This document shows, one piece after another, positions 13,901 to 25,740 of a stretch of DNA of 64,000 bases; position 1 is the stretch's first letter, and every line of letters starts with the position of its first letter. A program made the position numbers and the translations under genes. The notes under the pieces were generated by a model. That model did not search any database. It was not told the origin of the DNA and saw only the letters and a list, made by a program, of their open reading frames with translations. Location: contig OZ249437.1 of assembly GCA_965235115.1 (NCBI GenBank), positions 49,104,001 to 49,168,000 on the forward strand. The letters are read 5' to 3'. This DNA comes from Laetmonice hystrix. Lineage: Eukaryota.

Positions 13901-15900
13901 TAACCTTCGGTTTTTTAAACCAATTATTTCCGTAGGAAGCCAAATCTCGAGTGACGTCCCTGAACAAGGGCCATCTTTCTCCTTTTTCTCTTTAGCCGTC
14001 TCTGGCCGTTCAAATGATTTAGCAGGAAACAAATTTGCCTAATAGAACTTCTACAGCTGTACTTTAACACGAACCATGCATGCAGCTTGCCATCTTAGCG
14101 TGGTATTTAGCGAGTGCCACTTGTGCCCGGTGCCAACCCAACTCTAGCCTTGGCACACCGTTACCTCTCTGCTGGAACTCAATGTAGCCGTTATACCGTC
14201 TGATTCAGACTGACATGATTGAGGCAATGAGCCCAGGAAACGAACCAGTCAGCCCAAAGCGTGCCCGTCCCTACACTCGGAGGTTCGGCACTGTCAAGTT
14301 GGGATCCTGGCGCTGCCTGTTGCCAATAATGACAGCTCCCTCCAATGGCTGTCAACTATAACTGCTGATCCCTCTCGCTGAGACCCGCCATCTGGCAGCA
14401 GCGTTCACCATTAATAACTACACAGTCAACAACAATAGAGAGAAAATCAATTGGACATGGTCGCCCCCTCCAGCAATTTTCTTATTTGTCTAGGATAACA
14501 ATCAAACACCCTTTAGGTTGAGCCCATCATATTTTGCGTTAAGAAAAGTGGTAGGGATTGTAAAAGTAATACTTTTTCTACCTAACATTTACGAAAAGTT
14601 CACCAGTCCGTTTTGTGTGGATGCTCCTATAAGTACGTTACCCTTGAATTATGTCGTTTCACCCAGGCCCTCCTAATCTCGCCACAACAGGGCCAGCCTA
14701 GCGACCACTCTGTGTGTCAGAGGCTGGCTGCCGCTCACACCAGAATAGATTCACTCCATGAACTTTGTCGGCAACTTTCTCAGGACTTTTCGCCGCTAAG
14801 GAATGCGATGGGTAAATTGGGAACGGAGCCGGTTAAACGATGGAGTTAATTCAATTAGGGGCCCGCCGTTGGTTTGTCATTAGACGAGACTGAAGTGGCG
14901 GTTTTCCTAATTAGATCTGATGTAGATGAAGCCTTTGATTTCCAGTGCTGGGCGGCGACATGTCAGCACCTCAGCGTGGGTACCACACTGAGGTGATGTC
15001 TTGAAAGGCCGTGGCTGAGGCTGTGGCCTCTTACCGCACTCGACAGTCCCGTCCCGAGGTCCGACAGACCAGCCCACAAACTTTCCACAACTACTGGTCA
15101 TTTCGGCTCGCAGTTGGGTCTCCAGCAACAAGATTTACACTTGAAGGGGATATCTTCGTGCCTTTGTACCAGCGCCAACCGTGTATCATGTTTACTGAGA
15201 TCTGTCCGTTAGAAGCTGGGAAAACTGGAGCGAGCCCTTGACATCAAAGTATTGGGTGGCTGCTACACTGCATGGCTCGTCGCAACCATCAACCAGTGCT
15301 GATAGGTGCAGTTCCTCCCCAACTGCTATCACTCAGCATTACTCAAAGCACTTCCATAATGTTAGAGGGAAGAGGGAGGGGGCGAGAGTACACCAAGACG
15401 AACTTCAACGGCTCACCAGGACTCACCATGCACGCTAAAGGACCCTTCTTTGTGTTTAAATGTACACCCATATCTGTCAGCTATGTATGACTGATGTACC
15501 ATCACTGTCGATTTTGGTTGAAAAACATCAGTTTGAAAAACTGATTGCTTAATGGACTGCACAACAGGTTGTAAGAAATATCGGGAATGATTTCCGTTAA
15601 CGTGCACTCAATGTTGGCAGGGCCACAGTTGTCAGAGACATTCACATAGAATGTTCTATACTTGAATAAAATTTGAAATAAATGGATACTTTTTTCATAT
15701 GTTTTATGTTAGTCATGGTTTTCACCGACATGCGTAAAACTCTACTACATTTAGATTGATTGACAACATTTTCTGATGAAAGAAGATTTCTGGTTTAATT
15801 CAGGTGGGCCGCCACAACAAGTGTCCGGACTGAGCCGGGACCACTTGTAGACTGGAATGATGCCGACACGTTCAGGTCAATGGGGGATTGGTTGGGAGGC

Positions 15901-16265
15901 TACAGCTGTAGGCTGTGATGAGTACGGCTTCCCATGCACCTGTGCCATATTGGTTAGGCTACAACCATAGCACTAATACATAGCAGGGCAAGCTCCATGC
16001 TAGAGAGGAGCCTGTCTTGTTAGGGCCATGGGATGCAGCTGCGTGGCTGGTGGCACTATCTAGGTTTGCAGCTGGGCCCTGCAGCTGGGTCCTGCTGCTG
16101 GCTTGCTGGTTCTACTGACACACTGACACAGTGAGGACAGGTCCCCAGGCTGCAGCGGCTGCGGCTGATGCTGCTGGTCATCAGGTTGGCCCTGGTGAGG
16201 CCGCCCCCCCCCCCTGCCCCACCAACCACCCACACCCATGGCCGACCGATCAGCCGGCCCAGCTG
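15901..16265. promoter_or_regulatory. Second E-box cluster (5 CAGCTG, 1 CACCTG)
   Basis: CAGCTG at 15903, 16036, 16069, 16082, 16260; CACCTG at 15937. Confidence 0.4.
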
Positions 16266-17254
16266 GATGGAATGAGGGTGCCGTCATCTCTCCCCTCCAA
16301 TGACCACACCTTTCAATCCCACCCGACCGTCTGGATCAGACTGACGCTGTCACACCTCTGATTCAGGGCGTTGCCACCAGGAGGCATCACAAGCAATGTA
16401 CTCCCGTCCTGCCGCTTGTGATTGCTGTGTTCAACCGTTTGGGTAACATCTCGAACGCTCAGGTTTGACACACACCAACAATAGCGTCCCAAGGACTGAC
16501 GTGATCGTATTTGGTATCTGCTTTAATGCGTATGAAACATAACACAATAATGCAATGGGATGACAATGGCACAAAAATGGCGTTGATGTACTCGACTCTT
16601 TCTTTCTGTCCTCCCCTTTTCATGGCGGTTGCGGGATGAGGACGACTTCGGGCAGGGCGGGGAGTATTTTCTTTTTACCTGAAGCTTGCGGCGGCTCGAG
16701 TCAATCCACCCCAGATAAAAGATAGGCACAAGTCCTCATTCCGCGGTACCAGTGAGAGGGTGTTGTAGCAGACAATGTAAGAGCGCAGTATTTTCTCTTT
16801 CAATTTTGGCTCACAATGTTGGTGGAACATATATGCCTTTCTGGATGGCTTCAATAGAGGGCAGCTTTTTTATGGAAACCTGTGCCGTACAGCTGAGCAC
16901 ACGCACTCAAGGCACAGACCGTGCTCCCGTTACCTTTACTATGTTACATTGTCCGGTGTTTCCACTAACATACAGCAGTGTACCGAGTCAAACTGCAGTT
17001 TTTTTAACTACTTTTTTTGCTTGCATGCAAAACATGTCTGAAAAACATCTCAACTATGCCAGGGTAGAAAAAAAGTAAGTGAGTAAAAAGATACAGGAAA
17101 AACATCGATTTTCTGGTATACATGTATTGTCGAGATAAATTCATACTTATAAGAAGAGCGGTATTTAAGAATGAGGGGTTTGTTTTATATCTTATGACAA
17201 AAAATGTTTTCTGCATAGACTAGACTTTAAAAGGAATGTCCGAAAGTATCTTAC

Positions 17255-17363
17255 CTGTACGTGTTGGGTAGGGGTATTCACCATACATGTTTGGCCCACC
17301 CGGCTTAGGGGACGGGTACCTGGATGAGTCTCCACTGAACTCATCAGGACTGGCCGAGTACAC
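17255..17363 (-). CDS. TCF4/TCF12/da: E-protein exon (109 nt, phase 0 to 1): [36 protein letters not shown]
   Basis: Acceptor ttttctgtgattgcag|, donor CAG|gtaaga. Matches TCF12 [23 protein letters not shown]. Confidence 0.95.
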
Positions 17364-17989
17364 CTGCAATCACAGAAAACACACCTTGATCAAACCATTC
17401 AGTGATCGTGAAATCTCTACGTTATGATCCCGACACACACCACGCAACAATTCATCCCTAATCGAAGGCGAATCCCTCCTTTACATGCACGTGGTAATCA
17501 ATAACCTCTTTGATGCTTATCACCTACAAATTAAAACATAAGTTGAAGGAAAACGGTTTCGGAGAAGGAAAGCTACGGTTTGGAGGAAGGGATGCTCCAC
17601 AAATTGTACGGAACACCAAAAATAAAACTTCAGTACGTCCTCTAGAATAAAACAGATTCATCGGGTCCAGAAATCTAATGCAGGGCCATAATGTTTTCTA
17701 GTAAAGTACAACACTGTACAGAACTTGAACCTGCTTACAATGACAGGACCGGCCAAGGCTACCCCATTCTGATCCCGCACAACCCGAGTTGACGTTTTGG
17801 TTAGCATGGCCGGCCTCCTCCCATCATCCTTCCAAACTCGGAGACCTTTTTGCCAGTGTTCAACGAGTCGGCACATCAAAGTGATGAAGCTCCCTAAAAT
17901 AGTCTGGATGACTGGTGTGATGAAAGCCAGGCCTCAGCAAGATTCAATTACTGCTGCCTAATAGCCAGATAGGGTTACCCGGACCTAAA

Positions 17990-18250
17990 TGATAGGCCTG
18001 CCAGTCAGCGAGCCGCCCGGCCGGTTCCCCCCGTCCGGCTCCGCGGGGACCCGGCGTGGACCCGGGAGGAGGTCCCGCACGAGCCGTTGTCGGGGGCGGG
18101 CGGGTGGGCGGGCTCCCTGCCGGGCGAGCTCCGTGGGAAGCCGTCGGCCTCTGGGTCGGACCAGCGAACAGTACGACCAACTCCAGCACCCTCGGTTCGC
18201 TAACACCACGTCAGCCTCCTAAAGAAAACCGGCCACTGCCGCCTCCCCTG
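17990..18250. promoter_or_regulatory. GC/CpG-rich island with GC boxes, promoter/enhancer-like
   Basis: Dense CpG, gggggcgggcgggtgggcggg GC-box run and CGTGGGAA at about 18132; about 0.6-0.9 kb upstream of the VYS exon on the minus strand. Confidence 0.4.
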
Positions 18251-21200
18251 TCATCACTCTCCTCCCCCGCCCTGACTCCCCAAAACGTTCCGAACGGTAT
18301 AACGGACAACTCCACAACACAATCACGTTTTGGAGACAACCAAACTCTCATGATAGAACCTCCCATCGCAGCTGCAAATCGGACATCTTCTTTCCATTAA
18401 AACTTTTTTTACTTGGCGGTGTTACAGTAGCAAGTGCGCGTTACGTTTTTGGGACACTCTTCTTCAGCGCTACTTGGTGAGACGTTTGGCCTCCTCCCAC
18501 GATTCTAATCTATATATGTGAAAGGACCAGTTAGACAATATCCTCATGTTTTATATACGATATATACGATATATACGGCAGGTGGCTGGTCGTCATACTA
18601 CTCATTACGTCTTTATTAGCTCTTTATGGTCTCAGGTGACATTGAATTTAATTGGTACAGAAGCAACAATACTTTGTGCACGATTTCTGCCCACATAGAG
18701 TTCGTCATAATGACTCATGGTAATCTGAATGTGACTGATACGGTGGTATCCTTGTATGATTATGTAAAACTTCAGGTAATCAGATCTTCTATAAGCAATG
18801 CGGGTGGACGGCACCACGAACTCATTGCTCTTCCCGACACCAGCTGTGTAAATCTCAGATATGAATGATCCAATTCTTTTACAAATTAACTTCCTGATCT
18901 TCCGCACGAACATTTATGGTCCGGTGCACCGGGAACTGTCCTCTGATGTCTTCCCAGTCCCATACATACACTGTCACTCCTGATGAAAATTTGAAACGGA
19001 TCCTTCAAAACCGTGAGCATATCACGAGCAGGGAGTCTGATAGTGAGATTAACATTGGCCGGCCCCGTGTCTGTAGTCGGAGAGACGTACACAAAGAGAC
19101 GTGGGCCTCATGCACCAAGGATGGTGTTCATTTTCGGCAGACTTATTTTGTGAACGTGTACCTCTCATTGTCAGCGCCCACCTGCCACTGATTCCTGCGA
19201 TGACACGCACAGTTTAGCGAGGTATTCTCTGCCGTGTAGCTCATGAAGCTCATATCGGGAATGTTCCGAGCGAGTGGAGTTATGACGGAGCGTGATATTG
19301 GCTGCTGAGCAGGCCAAGGGGCCGGGTTGCCCGCCACCAGCCGAGCCGAGCAAATCTCAGAGATAGCGCGTAATCACGGCCACATGACGCCAGTCTCAAC
19401 TCCATCATAGCCTTTCAACTCCCCTGTCAGAGATCATATCAGAGAAAACACATACACGGCACCACCAATATACTACTCATCAACATCAATTCATCAGTCC
19501 TCATCGCTCTGTCTCCACTCCAAACTTATCTACAACAGTTAATCATCAAGTTATTTCGTCCGAGTGGAAGCCTGCAGCTACTTAATCGACCTTGAGGATC
19601 GAGCTATTTATAACTACATACTATTTATTTCAGTAATTCGTTGATAATATTTGGAGCATTTAAACAGTTGTTCATAGTTAGAACCAAAGTTAAAAAACTG
19701 GAGAACTAGTCTACTCAAGTGAAATAAGTTTAAACTTGATTGTCGATTTGATGTCTTTTTTCCTTCCAAACATTTCTAAGTCGAAGACGACTGTTGGAAC
19801 CCAAAAATCAGGTTTGCATTAGCCAGGGAAGGGGAATGGTGTTATTGCCCCCTTTGGTAGGGCTTGCCCTTGATAGCCACTCAGTCACCGTAATGGTCCG
19901 TTAGTGTGGGCAATGTGGCCTTGGTACGAGGCCTGGCGCCACCCTCATAACCTTAGGTAAACAAATCGTCAGCTAATTAAATTACTCCATCACACTCTGG
20001 AGATGTGGCCTTTGCCTTGATGTGGTTCCTCTTATCTGTGGATGGGCGGCCTCCTATGGTGATGTGGGTCGTCACCGGGCCGGGGGTAGGCCAAGCCTGG
20101 GCTGGCGGGGTCCACACAGCGCAGATGACCGACCCACAAAGGAGAGCTACAGTCGCCAGGTAAGCTGATACCATGCCTATTGGCATGATAAAGCCACATA
20201 TCCGACCTGGCTCCAGACCTCCAAATGTTATACCTGTGGTTTTTACATCTCTTTGTGTAACCAAGCTCCAGCTTAACAAAAGGATATAGAAAGGAATGGT
20301 TTCGTTTGCACAACATCAATTAACTTTGTCACGAACTATGATTCTTAATGCACCCGACCAAGCGTCTAGGATTGACATTATTATCCTAGGGTCATATCAA
20401 ATATCTGACTTCGCCTTCAATTAATTGTGTGCAACTTTCATTTAAATTGACGTCAATCTATCGCATTTCTCTATTTGAACATTTATTTTTTCACTGACTG
20501 GATGTTTTTTTATATGACCTAGAGTACTTTATTTTAAGTATATGACATGACTGTTAAGGTGGCAAGGTTCGGACAATGACTGTAACCACTCATACAGTTT
20601 TCTCGAATACAGCCTTCCCTTTCAGATTCTGCACAGGTCAGGCAGCTTCTGGTCGTAGAGTGCATGACCTTACACAGCTGATTATAGACCGTGTAATCTT
20701 CACAAGTCTCAGCCCACTCCCTGATCCGGAGGTCGGGGCCCCTGCCAAAGTCCCAAGGACTTTCCTGATTAATTCCAGCCTTACTGATGGGGTCCGTGTT
20801 AGGTTAGACACTTGATGATCCCAACCCACCCGGTCAGGCTACTTTGTAGAGGCTGACATTATTTGCTGGAAGTACCTCCTACCCGAGCCAGGACAAAGGT
20901 TTAATAATTAATAATGGGGCTGTGATGTGGCGAGGGACAAGCCACATGCTATTGACCCAACATTAAGAGGGTTTATGCTGCCAGCCAATCCCTTCACACG
21001 TCTGGCCCTAAGCTGGTAACATCAAAGGATTCTCCTGACCTTGGGGTATCACTGGCCACCAGGGCGGAGACTCCGGCCGTTTACCAAGCCAAGGTCATGG
21101 CCACCTCAGGTAACGGTATACTGTCCTATTGATATTACATGTACAAAATGTACATCAGTGAGTGGATACTTCAACCAGCCACAGACACACACCATATAGC

Positions 21201-22499
21201 AGATTTTATGTCATTTCTTCAGAGTTTTCACTAACCAACTGGAGCCGGGTATTTAAATCCACTGATGGGGAGGATTACGACAGGCTTAGCATTCTTGTTT
21301 AGGACACTGACATGAAAGCATATAACTGGAGCATAACGCTGGCTTTTTCAAATATCTCCAACTATAATTATTGTGGCGTAAATATCTCCGACTATAATTT
21401 TATTACAATTATTGTGGCGTTTATATTTACGACTATGAGGTATTCACTATCAATCTGTCGAGCGGAAAAACCATACACTGCGAGTCTGGCATGTTATTTT
21501 TATATTATCACATGAATATCTTTTTTTTAAACAGTTACACGAAACGTCCTGCTGTAGGATTTATTTCTGGTGGGTAGACATGACACAAGCTGGCCAAGAG
21601 AAACAATCACGTAATCTCAAATTATGACGAATTGCGTTTTCCTTAATCGTTCATCTATAACAATTAAACAACTAAAAGTGACCCCGGTCATCAAATTTGG
21701 TTAATTTACAAAAGGCTCCCATTACAAATACAATAAGATGAATAAATAAATAAATAAATAAATTAAAAGGTATCATTGATTTTTAGTTACTTCTTTTTTC
21801 CTTCCGTATTGAAACTATTCTTTTTACTTTGTGCCAGTGACATGCAATAATTTAAAGAGGATAATGAAACTGTGAAGAAAACAATCAATTCCCTTTGAAA
21901 GCTTGAAAAGTTGGCATGTTATGAGATGATATTGATCAAAGTCATTTCCTGCTATCAAACCTGTCAACATTCAATAGCATGTCATTAACCGGTTTTACAG
22001 CACCGTTACGTGCGACGCTTTCGAGGGCGAAAAATTCTAAGACTGGTGCAAAATCGATCTGTCTGACATTCTTAATCCCCCTCAAACTACGTAAGCTTTC
22101 ATGGGTCTATAGTCCAGCCACAGTTTTTATACTGAGCACGGCGGAAAGATTCCGTTGTTATCTTGTGCATCAAGATAACCTAATTACTAAATTAGATTTC
22201 TTCTGTCACCGTTAGGAACTTAAAATAATCCTGGAAATCCTGCTCCTAACTGCACTTCCCGCAACCATATTAAAAATTAAAGTACTTAGCAATTAAAGTT
22301 CGCTTGGTATTGCTTCCACTAAGTATACCCTTTGGCTGATAACGGATATTTTTTGGGGTATTCTGCATCACACCGCTACGCCGAGCAAATTGTCTGGTCT
22401 TTCTATCCGGACTGGGGGTCAGTCCATTTAAAACAGACTATGTACGGCCAAAACTCGGGGATATTATAACATAAGGGCACGGGATTACGTAAAGGTAAG

Positions 22500-22609
22500 C
22501 AGTGGCGTATCGGGCGGGGATTTGATCATTTCAACGTATGGACCCCCCCCCCCCCGACCAATCTTTTGGAACCCCACAGCCCCAGACCAATCCTGGGTAT
22601 ACGCCACTG
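22500..22609. mobile_element. 110-bp MITE with 11-bp TIRs CAGTGGCGTAT/ATACGCCACTG
   Basis: Perfect TIRs, internal poly-C run, flanked on both sides by GTAAG. Confidence 0.8.
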
Positions 22610-22801
22610 GTAAGAGTTCCTATTATAGCAGGGAGGTGTCCCCTCCACCGATACAGGTGTGAGGGACGCATACATTGTGAACAACTTCTCTCGTTCCCAG
22701 AGACAACACCTTACATGTTAAAGGCACGTAGTGTCGGAGTCAATCAATACACCTTCTGTGAGGGTCGTGCAGAACGTTTTCTAGTATGTAGACGTACTTA
22801 C

Positions 22802-22861
22802 GCTACTCAGTTTGCCTGGCATGTAGACAAATGGACGGTAATACGGGTAGGTACAGAACAT
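22802..22861 (-). CDS. TCF4/TCF12/da: Alternative first coding exon (Alt domain): MFCTYPYYRPFVYMPGKLSS
   Basis: ATG at 22859-22861 with A at -3 and an upstream in-frame TAA; 20 codons; donor AGC|gtaagt in phase 0. Lies in the intron directly before the VYS exon. Resembles the HEBAlt/TCF4-A start MYCAY(P/T)...GK. Confidence 0.8.
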
Positions 22862-22950
22862 CCTGGCCGCTGGTGAGAAGGCAGCTAGGTGATCACAAAC
22901 ACGATGATGATCGGCCGATTATACTAACTCCTCCTGGAGCGGACACTCAC

Positions 22951-23230
22951 AGCCACAGCACAGTTAACATCCACAGCGAGCCGGGAAGGAGCAGTCGTAA
23001 CCAACAGAAACAAACCAAGAGAGAGAAAAAGGCCACAACCAAGGCTGACAAACTTTGTCAAGTTGTGTTAAAGTCTCCGTGTCATGTTGGAGCTCAGCCC
23101 GTGGAGGTGGTGGTAGTGGTGGTGGTGGTGGTGTGGCTGACAGCAAACGTCACTCCGGTAGGTAGAGAGACCAGAGAGCAGTCAGGAAGAGCAGAGTAGT
23201 AGCGCGCTGACAGTAGTCGTATTCGCCATG
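22951..23230 (-). promoter_or_regulatory. Probable non-coding 5' exon and promoter region of the Alt transcript (upper boundary approximate)
   Basis: Donor GCT|gtgagt at 22950. Pyrimidine-rich acceptor ctgccttctcaccag| at 22870 gives an 81-nt intron. Leader-like CT/CAC-rich sequence upstream. TSS not determinable from sequence. Confidence 0.45.
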
Positions 23231-25494
23231 TCCGCATGCCCTGCATCCCTCTCCCCCTCACTCTATAAACTGCTCGGCCAAACTCACACCACCATCAATT
23301 TCCACACTTTGCTGCCCTCCTCACCGGGTGATTCCATTCTCACGGGGAATCCCGTGTTACCCTCTCCTCCTCCTCCCGTCTCTCTCCTATGCCTGCTGGT
23401 CGAGCCCATTCCACTTTCTCCGGGGGTGGGAGGCACAGGCCGGCCACATCCCCAAAAATACACATGCATACGCACACAGACACTTGGAGAAATAAATCAC
23501 TGTGTCAAAAAGAGCATGGGGGCCAGGATGACATTCGCCAGAATCCCTCTTTGTCCCCTGGCCTCCAACCAAGCTGCCCTCTGTTCGCTCCCCTAGACAT
23601 TGTTCTCTACACATTTCAGAGACAGAAAAGCCAGGCACACATTGGCTTTGACTGGCACCCTTCGGACACCACCCCAGTGTATCAATTAGTCCACTTTACA
23701 GTTGAAGGAAAGACTACAGTGTGATGAAAGCCAGTATTTTCTATTTGGGCTCTAATAGGTTCTTTTAAAAAACCTGTTGACATGTGCAACCTGTCGCCTG
23801 GCCGAGCCTAGCACCACCATACAGTGAAGAACTTAGGTGACGACCCACACATTTACAAACTAGCGTCGGGAGGGTGTAAAACACTGCTGAGGTTGTATTT
23901 AACTTGACTAGCAGCGAGATCCGGGGGTTCTGTCCCCGGAGAGGGGGGTTGACCTTATCTAGCGATGTTTTTGGCTTGCTGTGTTGACCAGTGACGAGTG
24001 TACGGCTTGCGGCTGTCAATCCCAACTCCAACCTCGAAACCTTTGGCTGGCTTGTGAACTTTTTTCACTTCCACACCATTTTTTCATCAGGGTAGAAGCT
24101 CAGCATGTTTTCCACTCTTTGCAGTGTAATGTCTTTTTCCTTTGTGCCAGGGTTAGCTTTTTAACAAAGCTGAGCATCATCGTAGGATGTCCAGCATGTA
24201 TTGACATCAATATTGGTGTGTAAGAAGGGGCCGGTTCTGACCCAGAGAATGACTTGGCAAGCACCCGCCCTCCCCCCCCCCCCCCCACACACCCCACACA
24301 CGCACGGAGAGGGCCAGCCCGCCCCCGCCCCTGACATGCCACCTCTCCAGGCAGAACTGTAGGAAAAACCTCCCCTAGCCACGACAGATCGGGCCAATAA
24401 ATGAGGGTGAGCGGCGAATGTGACAGGAACATAGGCGGACAGATGTTGGCTGGACCGACCAAGGCCGACACCGACAACGGCCGCAGTCTTAATGACAGCC
24501 GCATCACTTCATGCACAGCGCCTCGCTCACTGACCCAGCTAACTCTACTAATTGAAAATAGCAAACAAGTACTAATTGAAAATAGCAAACAAGAAACATA
24601 CCGCCCCAAACAGGACTGGAAATCACGCCAGAGCAGTGGAGCATTTCAAGTGATCATGTACCTTATTAGGGGCAGCTAGCATTCCAACGAAACACGGATG
24701 AAAAATGGACAACTGATTTCGGCGACGACCTGACTCAATTTTTGACTGGCCACTTGAATGTGCCAACGGGAACCCTTTGACTGAGTCAAGTGGTGGCTTG
24801 GAAACCCATGGAAGCACAGTTAGCCTGGGAAAGTAGGCGGCATCGCCAGCTTCTTCTGACTGCCTTCACAACATCAAATGGATGAGCAGTTGGAGTTTAC
24901 CTGGCAGAGTACTGACAGAAAACGTCAGCGAAAGCAACATTTCATCTCTAATTGGTCCAAGCTTTTTTCATCTGCCTTCCCTGTAATGTAACTAGACATG
25001 TACATTTGTCTTGATTACACAAAAACCGTGGACGGCTTTTACTGCCGAGGATGGTTTCAAAACAAAGTTACGTTTATTAATGTACTCTTTCCATATGCTG
25101 TTTGCCGTTTTATCCCTCATGTACTTGAATAAAACAAAGCCTAATTTTGACATTGAATTTCAAAGGACCACCGACCTGACATATTGTACGTATCACAACT
25201 GTTGATGTTTTTATTTCTAAATTAGACAACAACCTTACACAGGTGTCTGAGACTATTATATTTCTGACAGCTGGTTGGGGATATGTCTATTGGTGACTCT
25301 CAACTTACGAGTTCTACATCTATAGTTTAATATCTTCTTTTTAATCAATCGATCAGGCATTACTCTTGCCTTATACGCTCTCCCACCTTCTTCGTCTTGA
25401 CCAAGTGACAATTGATGACCAATGATCAGCAGTACAAGCCCTCTAACAGAACACTGACCTAGACCGATACTGTTGACCCTGTGGTGGGAACAGG

Positions 25495-25740
25495 TGTACC
25501 AATTTAGATCTACCCCCCCCCCCCCCCCAATTCAGCGTACCCCCGCTCCCATTCAACATGACCCTCTTCCAGTTTTAAATGACAACACAACCCTAAATAT
25601 CCCTAACCCTAAACCTTAGGTTATGGTTAGTTAGGGTTATTTTGTCATTTGAGACTGGAAGGGGTCATCTAAACCTAGGTTCAGATGATCAGCGTATATT
25701 GAATGGGGGGGGGGGGGGGGTCTACATCACACCTGGTACA
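25495..25740. mobile_element. About 245-bp foldback (palindromic) non-autonomous element
   Basis: Outer arms tgtacc..(C)n..ccattcaa and ttgaatgg(G)n..ggtaca. Inner stem 25559-25597 pairs with 25631-25669. Loop contains ccctaaccctaaacc. Confidence 0.7.
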
